From positions 9,151-73,150 of the forward strand of contig JAGAYY010000031.1 of NCBI GenBank assembly GCA_017940265.1: 64,000 nucleotides of DNA, written 5' to 3'. Shown here piece by piece: positions 45,369 through 55,124 of this stretch; positions within the stretch are counted from its first letter, which is position 1; every line of letters begins with the position of its first letter. The position numbers and the translations under genes are program-made. Under the pieces are notes generated by a model. That model saw only the letters and a program-made list of their open reading frames with translations. It was not told the origin of the DNA and did no database searches. This DNA comes from Bacilli bacterium. Its GTDB lineage: Bacteria; Bacillota_I; Bacilli_A; RFN20; CAG-826.

Positions 45369-46503
45369 CATCAAATTCACTTTCAGTTTTATCAAGAGCT
45401 TTCTTCATTCTCCTGACCACTGAGTTACCTTTAGACTTTTTAACATTAATTGGTTCAAGCCCTCTAAGTTTTCTTTGCTCTTGAAGGGCTAAAGTAATTT
45501 CTTCCTTAGTGGCTTTTGGACGATCCTTACTATCTTCAGGATTAACAGTCACTTGTGGATATGGAATTTGAACATTATTCTTCTTAAATAAAAGATAGAA
45601 TTCACGTTTTAAGTCTCTAGTGACTTGGAATCTATTAGCTTCATCAGTGAAGGCAATCACTAAGAAGTCAATGGAAGAAGCACTGACATTATCAATACCT
45701 TTATACCATGGACCTTCAATGATATTAGGAACTTTAGTTTTTAAGGCTTCAACTTCTTGGATGATAAGAACTTCCACTCTTTCGACATCTTCGTTATAAG
45801 AGACTGATAAAGTCACAGAAGTGACACTTCTTAAACGAGACATATTAACGACAGTGACGATTGAACTATTAGTGATAGATTTGATGTTACCACCGAAGTC
45901 TTGTAATTTAGTGGTCTTTAGACCAACATCAACGATTGTGCCTCTAAAACCATCAATAATGACTGTATCACCGACAGCGAAATAATCATCAAAGACGATA
46001 AAGATACCACTGATAACATCTTGGATAAGAGATTGACAGCCAAGACCAACAATAAGTGTTAAAACACCAACACCAGCGATAATACCAACAACATCTACGC
46101 CCCAAACGACAAGGATGACACAAATCATCGCAATAATGATGATGTATTTGCATAAAGATCTAATTAATGCCGAGATTGTTCTGGCTTTTCTAGATTTGCC
46201 ATCAAAGATGTGAGTAATAAATGTCGCGATAAAAATAAGCGTGATGCCAATAGAGACAATAAGCATGCTAACAATCCAACGGACACCACCATCGATAAGA
46301 CTATTACCGATGATAATCCAACCATTAGCGATACCTTCGCCAAAGAACTTATTACCAAATTCATCGCCGAATACCACTCGACCATTCATTAACAAGATAA
46401 AGCCTGCTAACGAGAGAACGAATAAGATTGCGCCAACGATGAAGCTAGCTTTTTGACCTGGGGTTTTTCTTTTCCACCAGTTTTGTTTCTTTTCTTCTGC
46501 CAT
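45361..46503 (-). CDS. MscS-family mechanosensitive channel
   Basis: N-terminal TM helices and the conserved MscS beta-domain (DVISGIFIVFDDYFAVGDTVIIDGFRGTIVDVGLKTTKL). Confidence 0.9.
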   Translation of the reverse strand: MAEEKKQNWWKRKTPGQKASFIVGAILFVLSLAGFILLMNGRVVFGDEFGNKFFGEGIANGWIIIGNSLIDGGVRWIVSMLIVSIGITLIFIATFITHIFDGKSRKARTISALIRSLCKYIIIIAMICVILVVWGVDVVGIIAGVGVLTLIVGLGCQSLIQDVISGIFIVFDDYFAVGDTVIIDGFRGTIVDVGLKTTKLQDFGGNIKSITNSSIVTVVNMSRLRSVTSVTLSVSYNEDVERVEVLIIQEVEALKTKVPNIIEGPWYKGIDNVSASSIDFLVIAFTDEANRFQVTRDLKREFYLLFKKNNVQIPYPQVTVNPEDSKDRPKATKEEITLALQEQRKLRGLEPINVKKSKGNSVVRRMKKALDKTESEFDGK

Positions 46504-46506
46504 ATT

Positions 46507-47022
46507 TTATTCCTCCACTGTGTATTTATAGTTTTCAATTATTTTGGTGTAATCAACACCATTGGTGAATTGGATATAGAAATGCAATTCATCACCTTTA
46601 TTAACACCTACATAAGAGCCGCTATAGGTTCTTTCTTCAGAGCAGTCACCTGTGATGACTTTATTGGCGTTTATTTCTAAGAAATAATTAATTGTGTATT
46701 TACCAGGATTAGAAACAGTAAATTCATAATTAAAGACATGCTCAGTCACCGTATATGGTTTAACGCTGATTGAAGGCGGATTAAGAATATAAGCGTTAGC
46801 GATAAGGCTACCTGTTCTAATAGCGGCCGCAGTCAACAGTAAAGAAATGCCTGTCGCACTGATGGCACGAGAAAGTTTCTTGCTTCTAGAATAAGCAGTG
46901 CCCATTTTATCTTGATAAATAGGAGAAGCTTCAAGCTCATCACTAGTGGCAATGTTATTTGTCTGACCATTGAATGTTACTTTAGCGTTATCGTATTCTA
47001 AGACGTTTAATTCTTGTTCCAT
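46507..47022 (-). CDS. Bitopic membrane protein, unknown function (ends in -VEE)
   Basis: 171 aa with a cytoplasmic N-terminal segment of about 55 aa, one TM helix (GISLLLTAAAIRTGSLIANAY) and a beta-rich external domain. It lies 3 nt upstream of the mscS start, and the mscS SD lies within its 3' end. Confidence 0.65.
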   Translation of the reverse strand: MEQELNVLEYDNAKVTFNGQTNNIATSDELEASPIYQDKMGTAYSRSKKLSRAISATGISLLLTAAAIRTGSLIANAYILNPPSISVKPYTVTEHVFNYEFTVSNPGKYTINYFLEINANKVITGDCSEERTYSGSYVGVNKGDELHFYIQFTNGVDYTKIIENYKYTVEE

Positions 47023-47069
47023 AGGAAAAGTATGAACGAAAATACAAATCTAATCAACCTTTATGCTGA

Positions 47070-47855
47070 TTAGATATTCTTTTTAATGTGCTCCACGTAT
47101 TGTTTGATGATGTCTAGTTCTGGCTTTAATTTATAAACCATTCTCGAACCAACTGGATCTTCTAATTCGATTATTTTATAGCCGTCTTTAGTGAGTAAGA
47201 AGTCCACTCCGATGAAATCTGCTTTTAGCAGACTTGCTATCTTAGTGGCTGTGTCCACCATTTCTTGACTTGGTTCGAATAGAGTAACTTCTCCCCCAAG
47301 GGAATAGTTATTGCGGTAGTCAACTTGACTCTTTCTTTTGATTGAGACCACGGCTTTTTTATTTAGAACATAAATTCTGACATCCCCGTTATTTTCCAAG
47401 AATTCTTGAAAGATGAACTTAAGATTAGGATGTTCGGTTTTGATTTGATTAACTTCTCCTATGGTCTTAACAAAAAACACTTCTTGACCACCATGACCTG
47501 AAACACTCTTCATAATGCAAGGAAATGATTTAGGTTCTAAGTATGTTTCAATGTATGGAAGATTTTCTTCCTTTAAGACTTTATAAGTAAGATACTTATC
47601 GTTCGCAACTCTATTAGTCAGAACGTTATTGAAAGACCTAATACCGTTTTCTTCAAGTTCATCTAATAAACGATAATTACGGCCACGATAAATGACAAAG
47701 TCCACTTTATTAGTGGCTGCATATTCAAGTAACTTTTCTTCATCAACGTATTTCAAAGAAAAAGTCTCATCATTTAATAATTCGAGACACTTATTGATGA
47801 AGAAACGATTACATTTAGCGTCGTAAACGTTATAAACTATTAACCCACTTATCAT
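47070..47855 (-). CDS. RimK-type ATP-grasp ligase B
   Basis: 261 aa with an ATP-grasp core (KSVSGHGGQEVFFV, FQEFL, DVRIYVL, IGVDFLL..GYKIIELEDPVG). Confidence 0.8.
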   Translation of the reverse strand: MISGLIVYNVYDAKCNRFFINKCLELLNDETFSLKYVDEEKLLEYAATNKVDFVIYRGRNYRLLDELEENGIRSFNNVLTNRVANDKYLTYKVLKEENLPYIETYLEPKSFPCIMKSVSGHGGQEVFFVKTIGEVNQIKTEHPNLKFIFQEFLENNGDVRIYVLNKKAVVSIKRKSQVDYRNNYSLGGEVTLFEPSQEMVDTATKIASLLKADFIGVDFLLTKDGYKIIELEDPVGSRMVYKLKPELDIIKQYVEHIKKNI

Positions 47856-48712
47856 AGATTATTTAAGATATAGTCAGCGATGACTTCTGCGAGATTAACG
47901 CCAGTATATTGGAGTGTGCTTGCAAACTGTGGATTACTATTAAGTTCACAAATAATTGGTTCGTCATTTGGACCAAACATGACATCCACTCCAGCAAAAT
48001 CTAGACCCAGTGCTTTAGAGGCTTTAATGGCTAAATCAATATATGCTTGTTTAGGTTCAAACTTAGCGCCTGTTCCACCATTAGAGATATTACTTCTAAA
48101 GTCATTTTTGTTTTCTCTAAGCATAGAAACAATCGCCTTATTGCCTACGATATTAATACGGATATCTCTTCCTTTGGAGGAAGCAATATATTCTTGCATT
48201 AAGAAATCTTTATAGCCGATTTGATCAATAATCTTATTCGCTTCTTCTAAACTATTAGCGAGATAGACTTGTTCACCAAATGAGCCATATGCTTCTTTAA
48301 TTACCAAAGGTAAACCGATTTGTTTAATGACATCATTAACAAAATCACGTTTAGAATAATTTAGTCCTTCAAATGTTTTAGGGGCAATAAATGTACGTGG
48401 GATTCTAACGTTAGCGGCCGCTAAAGCTTGATACATTAAAATCTTGTTATCACATAGTTCAACTGCTTTCGCGGAATTAAATAATTTATAGCCTTGAGCT
48501 TCTAATCTTTGAGCGAGATAAATATCTTTATCCCAGAAGATGATAAAGTCCACTTTTTCATCAATCTTTTTGCCTACTTCTAAAGAGATATCAGAAGCGG
48601 TTTTAATATCTAAAGAAACACCTCTTTTATTAAAGGCAAGTGAAAGCATTTCATATAAGTGTTTAAACTTATCGCTGTTCATGAATGAATTAACCACTAA
48701 CCACGCTTTCAT
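47852..48712 (-). CDS. RimK-type ATP-grasp ligase A
   Basis: 286 aa with an ATP-grasp core (LPLVIKEAYGSFGEQVYL, MQEYI, DIRINIVG, AGVDVMF...ICELNSNP). There is a 4-nt ATGA overlap with ligase B. Confidence 0.8.
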   Translation of the reverse strand: MKAWLVVNSFMNSDKFKHLYEMLSLAFNKRGVSLDIKTASDISLEVGKKIDEKVDFIIFWDKDIYLAQRLEAQGYKLFNSAKAVELCDNKILMYQALAAANVRIPRTFIAPKTFEGLNYSKRDFVNDVIKQIGLPLVIKEAYGSFGEQVYLANSLEEANKIIDQIGYKDFLMQEYIASSKGRDIRINIVGNKAIVSMLRENKNDFRSNISNGGTGAKFEPKQAYIDLAIKASKALGLDFAGVDVMFGPNDEPIICELNSNPQFASTLQYTGVNLAEVIADYILNNL

Positions 48713-48844
48713 ATTAACCTCTAATTAAATAACTTTTAGTAAAACTGTTTCTTTTTAATAACTTTGTTATCAGTTTTTAATATTCTATACCACTATTTTT
48801 ACTTTGTAATTAAAAATAAAAGACAACAATGCTATCATAGTGGC

Positions 48845-49918
48845 ATGTACGTTTTAGATTACTTATACCGCTATCAAAATATTGATTTTAAAGAAGTGCC
48901 ATTCAATGAAGTGGATGCTCTTGTTTTAGCAATGGTTTCTTATTTTCCTTTTGATGAACTTAAGGATCAAAAAGAAATCTATTCCAGTGATGAATTATTA
49001 AAAAGAATTAATGAATATAAACCTGCTAAAAACACTGGTGAAAGAAAATTAAATTATATTGAAGTCGTCAAAATTATTTGTCGTTCTCTTAGATTTAAAA
49101 ACGCCAAATTTGCGTGGTTTAAAAAAGAAAGAGATGTCGTTAATTCTAAACAGTTTCAAGCCATCACTATTATCTTGCATGACTTTGCCTATGTTTCTTT
49201 CTGTGGTACTGATTCCACGACCTTAGGCTGGAAAGAAGATTTCAATATGGCATATCTAGATACAGTGCCTTCTGAAATTGAAGCGGTCCGTTATTTACAA
49301 GATGTTTCTTATAATTTCGTTTTTAAGAAAATGTATGTCGGTGGTCACTCTAAAGGTGGACGTTTAGCGATTACCGCGGCTAAACGCTTAAATAAAAGAT
49401 ATAAGTTATTAGGGGTTTATTCTTTTGACGCTCCTAACTATCCACAGAACTGTTACGATACGGAATATAAGAGTATCTTACATTTATTGCGTGAATATAC
49501 ACCTGATGAATCAATTATTGGGCGTTTAATGAACGAATATCGTGAAAAGAAGATTATTTCTTCTTGTAATGGCCTTTTACTCCAACATGACGCTTTTTCA
49601 TGGGATATTGAGGGTCATGAGTTTGTGCGTAAGCAAGCTTATACACCTCGATCAACACATATTGTGGATACGATGAACTACGCTCTTAATAATTATGATG
49701 AAGAAATGAAGAAAGACTTCGTTGATGGGATATTTGATTTCTTAACTAATATCGATGTTGAAAAATTGCCTAATGAAAGAGAACTACTACCATTCTTCGC
49801 TAAAAGACTTAAGCTCATTAGAGATGAATGGAAAAATACACCGAAAGAAAAAAGAGCGGTCTTTAAGAAGATGCTCTTTAATCTCTCTAAGGACTATTTA
49901 TTAAAGAAGAAGGATTAG
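48845..49918 (+). CDS. Alpha/beta-hydrolase-like protein (DUF2974/Mbeg1-like)
   Basis: Nucleophile elbow VGGHSKGG and an N-terminal YVLDYLYRYQN...DALVLAMVSY pattern. The start is trimmed from the TTG at 48764 to ATG 48845. Confidence 0.7.
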   Translation: MYVLDYLYRYQNIDFKEVPFNEVDALVLAMVSYFPFDELKDQKEIYSSDELLKRINEYKPAKNTGERKLNYIEVVKIICRSLRFKNAKFAWFKKERDVVNSKQFQAITIILHDFAYVSFCGTDSTTLGWKEDFNMAYLDTVPSEIEAVRYLQDVSYNFVFKKMYVGGHSKGGRLAITAAKRLNKRYKLLGVYSFDAPNYPQNCYDTEYKSILHLLREYTPDESIIGRLMNEYREKKIISSCNGLLLQHDAFSWDIEGHEFVRKQAYTPRSTHIVDTMNYALNNYDEEMKKDFVDGIFDFLTNIDVEKLPNERELLPFFAKRLKLIRDEWKNTPKEKRAVFKKMLFNLSKDYLLKKKD

Positions 49919-50223
49919 TCTTGAAGAATTGAATCTTCCACTTCTTCTTTTTTCTTCCTTTTAAGGAAGTCAGGTTTTTTAAGTCTTACTATTAGAAGGA
50001 CACCATAAAGGGAGCCCGCGAGTCCTAATAATGTTAAAATAATATAGAAGACTGTAATACCAGGTTTACCAGCATTAATGGTTAAAATGAATCCCACAAG
50101 ACCCAAGATTAAAGCGGCCGCACCAGTAATCGGTAGTAAGAAACTTAAAATCTTATTTTCGATATAAATAGCTTTTTGTTCTTTTTGCTCTTTATCGAGC
50201 TCTTTTTTTGTTTTTTCGTTCAT
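49915..50223 (-). CDS. Small two-TM membrane protein
   Basis: 102 aa with a KE-rich N-terminus, two hydrophobic helices and a basic/acidic tail. Confidence 0.5.
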   Translation of the reverse strand: MNEKTKKELDKEQKEQKAIYIENKILSFLLPITGAAALILGLVGFILTINAGKPGITVFYIILTLLGLAGSLYGVLLIVRLKKPDFLKRKKKEEVEDSILQD

Positions 50224-50563
50224 ATATTTATATTATCACCATTTAGAAGATAAAGTAATCTATACATATTTTTCATATAAAAACGCTTTTCCCAAGTGCT
50301 TATTATTTTCATAATTATCTAAGCAAACACAATCTTAATAAATATTGATTATGACAGATATTTTTAATTTTTTCCAAAACTATTAATCAGATAAATAAGA
50401 TTTTCATACAAAAATATGAATATGTTTATTTAGGCTTCATATTTTTGTTTAAAGCGCATTCTTCGTAACATATATTTTTATCTGTTGGTATCATACTATT
50501 TTGCGTTATTATTACAATTTTTTAGTATGCTATCACAATGTTTTTTTACAAGGAGGTATTAAA

Positions 50564-53440
50564 ATGTTAAAAAAACTTATTTTAGGTTTGCTAGCAGTGA
50601 GCATTTTAGGTTCGCCGGCAATGCAATTATCTAGAAGCACAAATGATGCAGACCTAAACATTCAAGCTAAAGAGCAAGACATTGCTCACAAGCGTTTTGG
50701 AGGAATCAGTCCAGTATCATACACTGATGCCGGTATGTTCTCATCTGAAGATCTAACTATTGGTCGAGGTAAGTTAGATCCAGTGATTCGTCTACGTACA
50801 TTCAGCATAATTGTCGAAGGTTCAAATATCGAGTATTCATCAAATGATGGCACTGTCATTACCAAAAAAACAATTAATTCTAAAAAACGTAGTACTGAAT
50901 TTTTAATTAAAGTCAATAAAACTGTTGGCGTTCACGAATTTCTTTATGGAGCTGGCACTAAAACGAGATGTGTTTGTAGAGTTTTTTCTTATGTATATAA
51001 AAATGAAGTGTACATATCTGAAGACTCCAAAGAAGATGCCTGGCGCAAAGCACTTGATTATGACATAAAAAACGAATTAATAACAAAGCAAGAAATAGAA
51101 GACAGTTATTCTAATTTTCTTTTGTCATCATCACCAAATAGTAATCAATTAGGAATTGATTCAGTACCTGCCGATGTCTTGTATGATTATTATGCCAGCC
51201 AGCCAGAAAACTCTTCAGCTTGTTTTTATGCTACACCACGATGGCAGGATAAAAATGGGAACTGGTCTTCTTTGACACTATGCAAAGCATCGCTTTATAT
51301 TAACGGCAAATGTGCTCAAACTTCCGCCCTTAATGAAAGAGGATTCGTTTCTTTTAGTATTAATAACAATAGTAATTATTGGGGAAAACAATGCAAAGTT
51401 CAGCTGAGAATATACACTCAAACAGATACATTCACTTTGGGAAGCGATTATTCAACAATCGTCGATGGAACTAACTATGGCGCGTTTGATGGATACTATA
51501 TGATTCCTTCCGAAGAACATACTGTGTATATAAATGAAGATACTGATTTTTATATTCCAGTTGATAGATCTTATGAGCAATATGAAAAAACTTCAAGAGC
51601 CATGTCTTTGTGTCAATCATTAGCGCTGTGTGAAACTTTTGCGAGACAAAACATCAACGGGTTTGATGGGCATCCAAATCTAATTACAAGCCATTTAAAC
51701 GTTGAAACTTCTTATAACGCTTGCAATTTCAATTTAAATGAATCATCAACTCTGTATTTTGAAGCCGAAGAAAGATGGATCTTGCCTTTCCGTTTATATG
51801 GATTATTTGTCGAAGGCGTTTTAGGCATGCTTAGCTCAAATACAATCATGAATTATTATGACGATTATGGCAATTTCATGTATGAGGACAACTGGATGTA
51901 TGGAAAAGAAATGTCTGCTCAAATAGTATGGCATAGAGCGTTAGCTGATATGTTTGCTATTCTAGCTTACGATTCTGTAAAAGATAAAATTGGCTATTTA
52001 GCCACTACAGAATCAATAAGAGAATTAATAGAAATGATTGAAAACTACACACCAGATGAACATGCAGGTGAAGGCTCCATTTTGTGCTCGACTGTATATC
52101 TATATAACATCTATTCAGGTTACACGGCGAAAAATGGCCAAATTGTTCCTGGTAAAAACGATAGATACGCCACTTTCTTTAACTTCACTTTCATTCCAGG
52201 TGCAAATACTTTAAGAGAGTTTTTGAGATTTAACTTTCCAGGAGAAGATCCACTTACACACAAAGCAAATAATTCTCTTTTAGAAAGATTATGTATCGCT
52301 CCAAGTAATGTTAAATTGGTGAATCAAATCACAGATTATAATAGACCTATTTTCGAATGGAACGCTGGAGGCTGCTTGGCATCCCCAAATGATGTTTTTG
52401 ATTTATACATTTATGGAGAAATTGACTTCAAAATCGAAAACATTAGAAATAATAGTTATTCTTTGAATAATGGTATTGTGAGGTATACATTATCTCTCGA
52501 AGACAAAGCTAGACTTTTAGAATCAATGGGAAAAGAAAATAGTTGTTATGCCATAGTATGCGCTTATAAAAAAATGGAGGGAAATTATGATACCGGTCCT
52601 TATTTTTCAACCGCATACCACATTGTCAATCCTGTAATAATCGATGACGAACCGATATACGAAACAGAAATACATTATTGTCTTTTTGAAAGAGATGAAA
52701 ATGGAAACAATACGCAATATAAAGGATTTGAAGAAAAAACATATGTCAAATTCACACAATCATGCACAGCCATGTTCTTAACAAGAGGGGATGTAGATTC
52801 TATAATAACCATTTCAGATTTAGATGGACAAGCATTGGCACAAGATTCATATGGTGGTTTTGGAGACAATGCTATGATTTCACTAGGTGTTATAGCCAAT
52901 GAAATATATGAAATCAGTGTTAAAACAATTTCAAGCAATCGTAATTATCAAGCATGGAGTAGGTTTGACATAATTCCAACCGTAAATAGTTATGACGACA
53001 ACTACCAGATCAATCATCCTACAACGTACAACGAAATCATGAAAATCGATTATGATGCAGATTATTGGCAAAGACCAGACTACGATCCAGAACTTGATTA
53101 CGATTATCTTCATGATTTTAATGTCGAACAAGGTAGTACATCAATGTTTCTCTTTGAACCACAATATGGTGGCGGATACCATCTTGATGTTAGATATATG
53201 TCAAATATCCATTTGATCATAATGTGCTTAGGGCAAACAACTCCGTGGGACTATGACTATTATTCTGGTGCCTCTTCTTATTCAATTGGTTATTTTGAAG
53301 GCTATATCAACATTATGGAAGGCGACACTTGCATGATATTAGTCTCTAGAGAAGATAGAAATGCTAATATCGGACCAAGCACTCTAAGCCAAAGCTTTAC
53401 ACTAAAATTCGGATGCACCTATCTTGATGGAGATTGGTAA
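50564..53440 (+). CDS. Large secreted protein of unknown function (958 aa)
   Basis: The start is preceded by AAGGAGG, and there is a signal peptide (MLKKLILGLLAVSILGSPAMQ). I find no recognisable catalytic motif and no HExxH. The C-terminal portion has two beta-rich modules resembling pre-peptidase C-terminal domains. Confidence 0.7.
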   Translation: MLKKLILGLLAVSILGSPAMQLSRSTNDADLNIQAKEQDIAHKRFGGISPVSYTDAGMFSSEDLTIGRGKLDPVIRLRTFSIIVEGSNIEYSSNDGTVITKKTINSKKRSTEFLIKVNKTVGVHEFLYGAGTKTRCVCRVFSYVYKNEVYISEDSKEDAWRKALDYDIKNELITKQEIEDSYSNFLLSSSPNSNQLGIDSVPADVLYDYYASQPENSSACFYATPRWQDKNGNWSSLTLCKASLYINGKCAQTSALNERGFVSFSINNNSNYWGKQCKVQLRIYTQTDTFTLGSDYSTIVDGTNYGAFDGYYMIPSEEHTVYINEDTDFYIPVDRSYEQYEKTSRAMSLCQSLALCETFARQNINGFDGHPNLITSHLNVETSYNACNFNLNESSTLYFEAEERWILPFRLYGLFVEGVLGMLSSNTIMNYYDDYGNFMYEDNWMYGKEMSAQIVWHRALADMFAILAYDSVKDKIGYLATTESIRELIEMIENYTPDEHAGEGSILCSTVYLYNIYSGYTAKNGQIVPGKNDRYATFFNFTFIPGANTLREFLRFNFPGEDPLTHKANNSLLERLCIAPSNVKLVNQITDYNRPIFEWNAGGCLASPNDVFDLYIYGEIDFKIENIRNNSYSLNNGIVRYTLSLEDKARLLESMGKENSCYAIVCAYKKMEGNYDTGPYFSTAYHIVNPVIIDDEPIYETEIHYCLFERDENGNNTQYKGFEEKTYVKFTQSCTAMFLTRGDVDSIITISDLDGQALAQDSYGGFGDNAMISLGVIANEIYEISVKTISSNRNYQAWSRFDIIPTVNSYDDNYQINHPTTYNEIMKIDYDADYWQRPDYDPELDYDYLHDFNVEQGSTSMFLFEPQYGGGYHLDVRYMSNIHLIIMCLGQTTPWDYDYYSGASSYSIGYFEGYINIMEGDTCMILVSREDRNANIGPSTLSQSFTLKFGCTYLDGDW

Positions 53441-53466
53441 TAATAGCTAGTTACTACTAAATACAA

Positions 53467-53497
53467 AGAGACACTCATTTATGAGTGCCTCTTTTTG
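53467..53497 (+). terminator. Terminator of the 958-aa gene
   Basis: AGAGACACTCAT-tt-ATGAGTGCCTCT hairpin (one mismatch) followed by TTTTTG. Confidence 0.7.
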
Positions 53498-53542
53498 TTC
53501 CATTCTAATATAAGAATGTAAAACACATTTTTAAATGTTTAA

Positions 53543-54976
53543 TTAAGCAACGATTGGTTCTTCGAGTTCGCCATATTTCGCAAACATTTCTAATAATTGA
53601 GCAGAAGATGTTGGAAGTTCATCTGTGCCATTTTCGTTAACGGTTTCAACTGGTTGCATACCTGTTTCATAACCAGGAATCATCACTTTACGAACGGCTT
53701 CGATTGTTTCGTCTGTGACGCCAACTTTCTTTAATAATGTCACAGCGTTTTCATTGACAGTCTTCTCAAAATCAAAGCCTTCGATTTGTGTGAATGCATA
53801 TAAGAATTTTGGGAAGTATGCACTACTTGAATTGTGCATATGGCATCTCTTGTTGTTTGTTTGACTTGTGATTTCGAAGTCGATGATTAAGTCAGTATAA
53901 CTGACACCACAGATAGCATTGAGTAAGAAGGCGATTGTGCCAGTTCTATCAGCACCACCCCAGCAATGGAAGTAAACGTGTTTTTCTTCAGCGTTAGCTA
54001 AAGCTTCAAAGATTTCTTGTGGAAGATTTCTATCAGCGTTTTCAGATTCGCTTGTCTTGTTTGGATCGGTAATGAAACCAGCATATGAGTTAATAGCGCA
54101 TCTCTTATATTCAACGCCTTCAACCGCGGACTTTTCTTGATTTCCTTGATAGGTACCGCTCTTGGCTCTTAAGTCTAATTCAAGACCAAGGTTCATATCT
54201 CTTTCAGCAACTTCTTGTGTTTCAGGGGTATAAGAAGCATTGTGACCGCCACTCCATCCTTTTTCGTTGATTTCATAACCACGGAAAATTAAGCCTTGTC
54301 TTGTTCTCACACCATATGAAGTCATATAGCCACCTAAGTCACGAACATTGTTGACTGCGCCCATTGTCATAACTCTGGTATAGTCAGCAGTTTCAAAGCT
54401 GCCCATTTGAGAAACATCTTCACCATCGACTAATTGATAGTAATAGGTTGTGGCTCTCTTAAGGTTTGGTAATTTAGCGGAAGCGCCACCTTCTTCAAGT
54501 TTCGCATAATGAGCGTCGCTCTTATCGAATTCTGTCCAGTAACGAATGACTGCGTCTTCAGAGAATTCTTTTTCACCTTTTTCCCATTTAAGTTCGATTG
54601 GAACGTTTTGGTACTTTTGCTTGTTGTTTAACATTTGGCAAACATCAACGCCACCTGTTTCATCAGCAGGATAATCTTTATGATTATCATCGCTTTCAGC
54701 TTTATCAGACATTTTCTTCAAGTCAGTTGGACCAAATAAGTAACTAATACGATCTGGATAAGTAAGGTTCTTTTCTTGCTCGTGCATTGCATCAATGTAG
54801 GCTTTAACTTCTTCGGTAACACCAACATTGTTTTCTAATTCTTGGAAATTAACTTCCATAGTTGGAGTTTTTTCAGGTTCCATTTTTGGTTCAGATGATC
54901 CGCTTGGTGTTTTGCCTTGACATGCGCATAAGCAAAGAGACATTATAGCGGAAACTAAAAGATAACTTTTTTTCAT
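53543..54976 (-). CDS. Lipoprotein with a tyrosine-phosphatase-like (CX5R) domain
   Basis: Lipobox ...LCLCAC, an FN3-like segment, then the P-loop HCWGGADRTG, as in the PF13350-type phosphatase family. Confidence 0.75.
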   Translation of the reverse strand: MKKSYLLVSAIMSLCLCACQGKTPSGSSEPKMEPEKTPTMEVNFQELENNVGVTEEVKAYIDAMHEQEKNLTYPDRISYLFGPTDLKKMSDKAESDDNHKDYPADETGGVDVCQMLNNKQKYQNVPIELKWEKGEKEFSEDAVIRYWTEFDKSDAHYAKLEEGGASAKLPNLKRATTYYYQLVDGEDVSQMGSFETADYTRVMTMGAVNNVRDLGGYMTSYGVRTRQGLIFRGYEINEKGWSGGHNASYTPETQEVAERDMNLGLELDLRAKSGTYQGNQEKSAVEGVEYKRCAINSYAGFITDPNKTSESENADRNLPQEIFEALANAEEKHVYFHCWGGADRTGTIAFLLNAICGVSYTDLIIDFEITSQTNNKRCHMHNSSSAYFPKFLYAFTQIEGFDFEKTVNENAVTLLKKVGVTDETIEAVRKVMIPGYETGMQPVETVNENGTDELPTSSAQLLEMFAKYGELEEPIVA

Positions 54977-55076
54977 TATAAAATCCTCTTCATTTCTAAT
55001 TGTTTATAGTTTACAAAAAACTATTAGTAGTTTCAACAATATGCCAAATATTAACAACAATGTCGCACGCTAATCA

Positions 55077-55103
55077 AAAAAAGACCCATAAGGCCTTTTA
55101 GTG
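55077..55103 (-). terminator. Weak terminator after the 198-aa lipoprotein gene
   Basis: AAAGGCC-ttat-GGGTCTTT hairpin (with one G:U pair) followed by a T-run on the minus strand. Confidence 0.4.
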
Positions 55104-55124
55104 TGTAAATGAAATATTTATCTG

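Noticed and set aside
48764-48844. N-terminal extensions given by the ORF track at 48764, 50501, 58156, 25505, 21158 and 30607.
   Set aside because: Several begin at TTG or GTG and have no SD. Downstream ATGs give canonical signal peptides or family N-termini, often with an AGGAGG at the right distance.
55037-55052. Sigma-54-like TGGCAT...TTG motifs upstream of two lipoprotein genes: TGGCATATTGTTGA near 55040 and TGGCATATTTTTGT near 55797.
   Set aside because: The GG-to-GC spacing is one nucleotide short of the -24/-12 rule, and the GC dinucleotide is missing. An 11-mer shared between two sites in 64 kb of AT-rich DNA is expected by chance.
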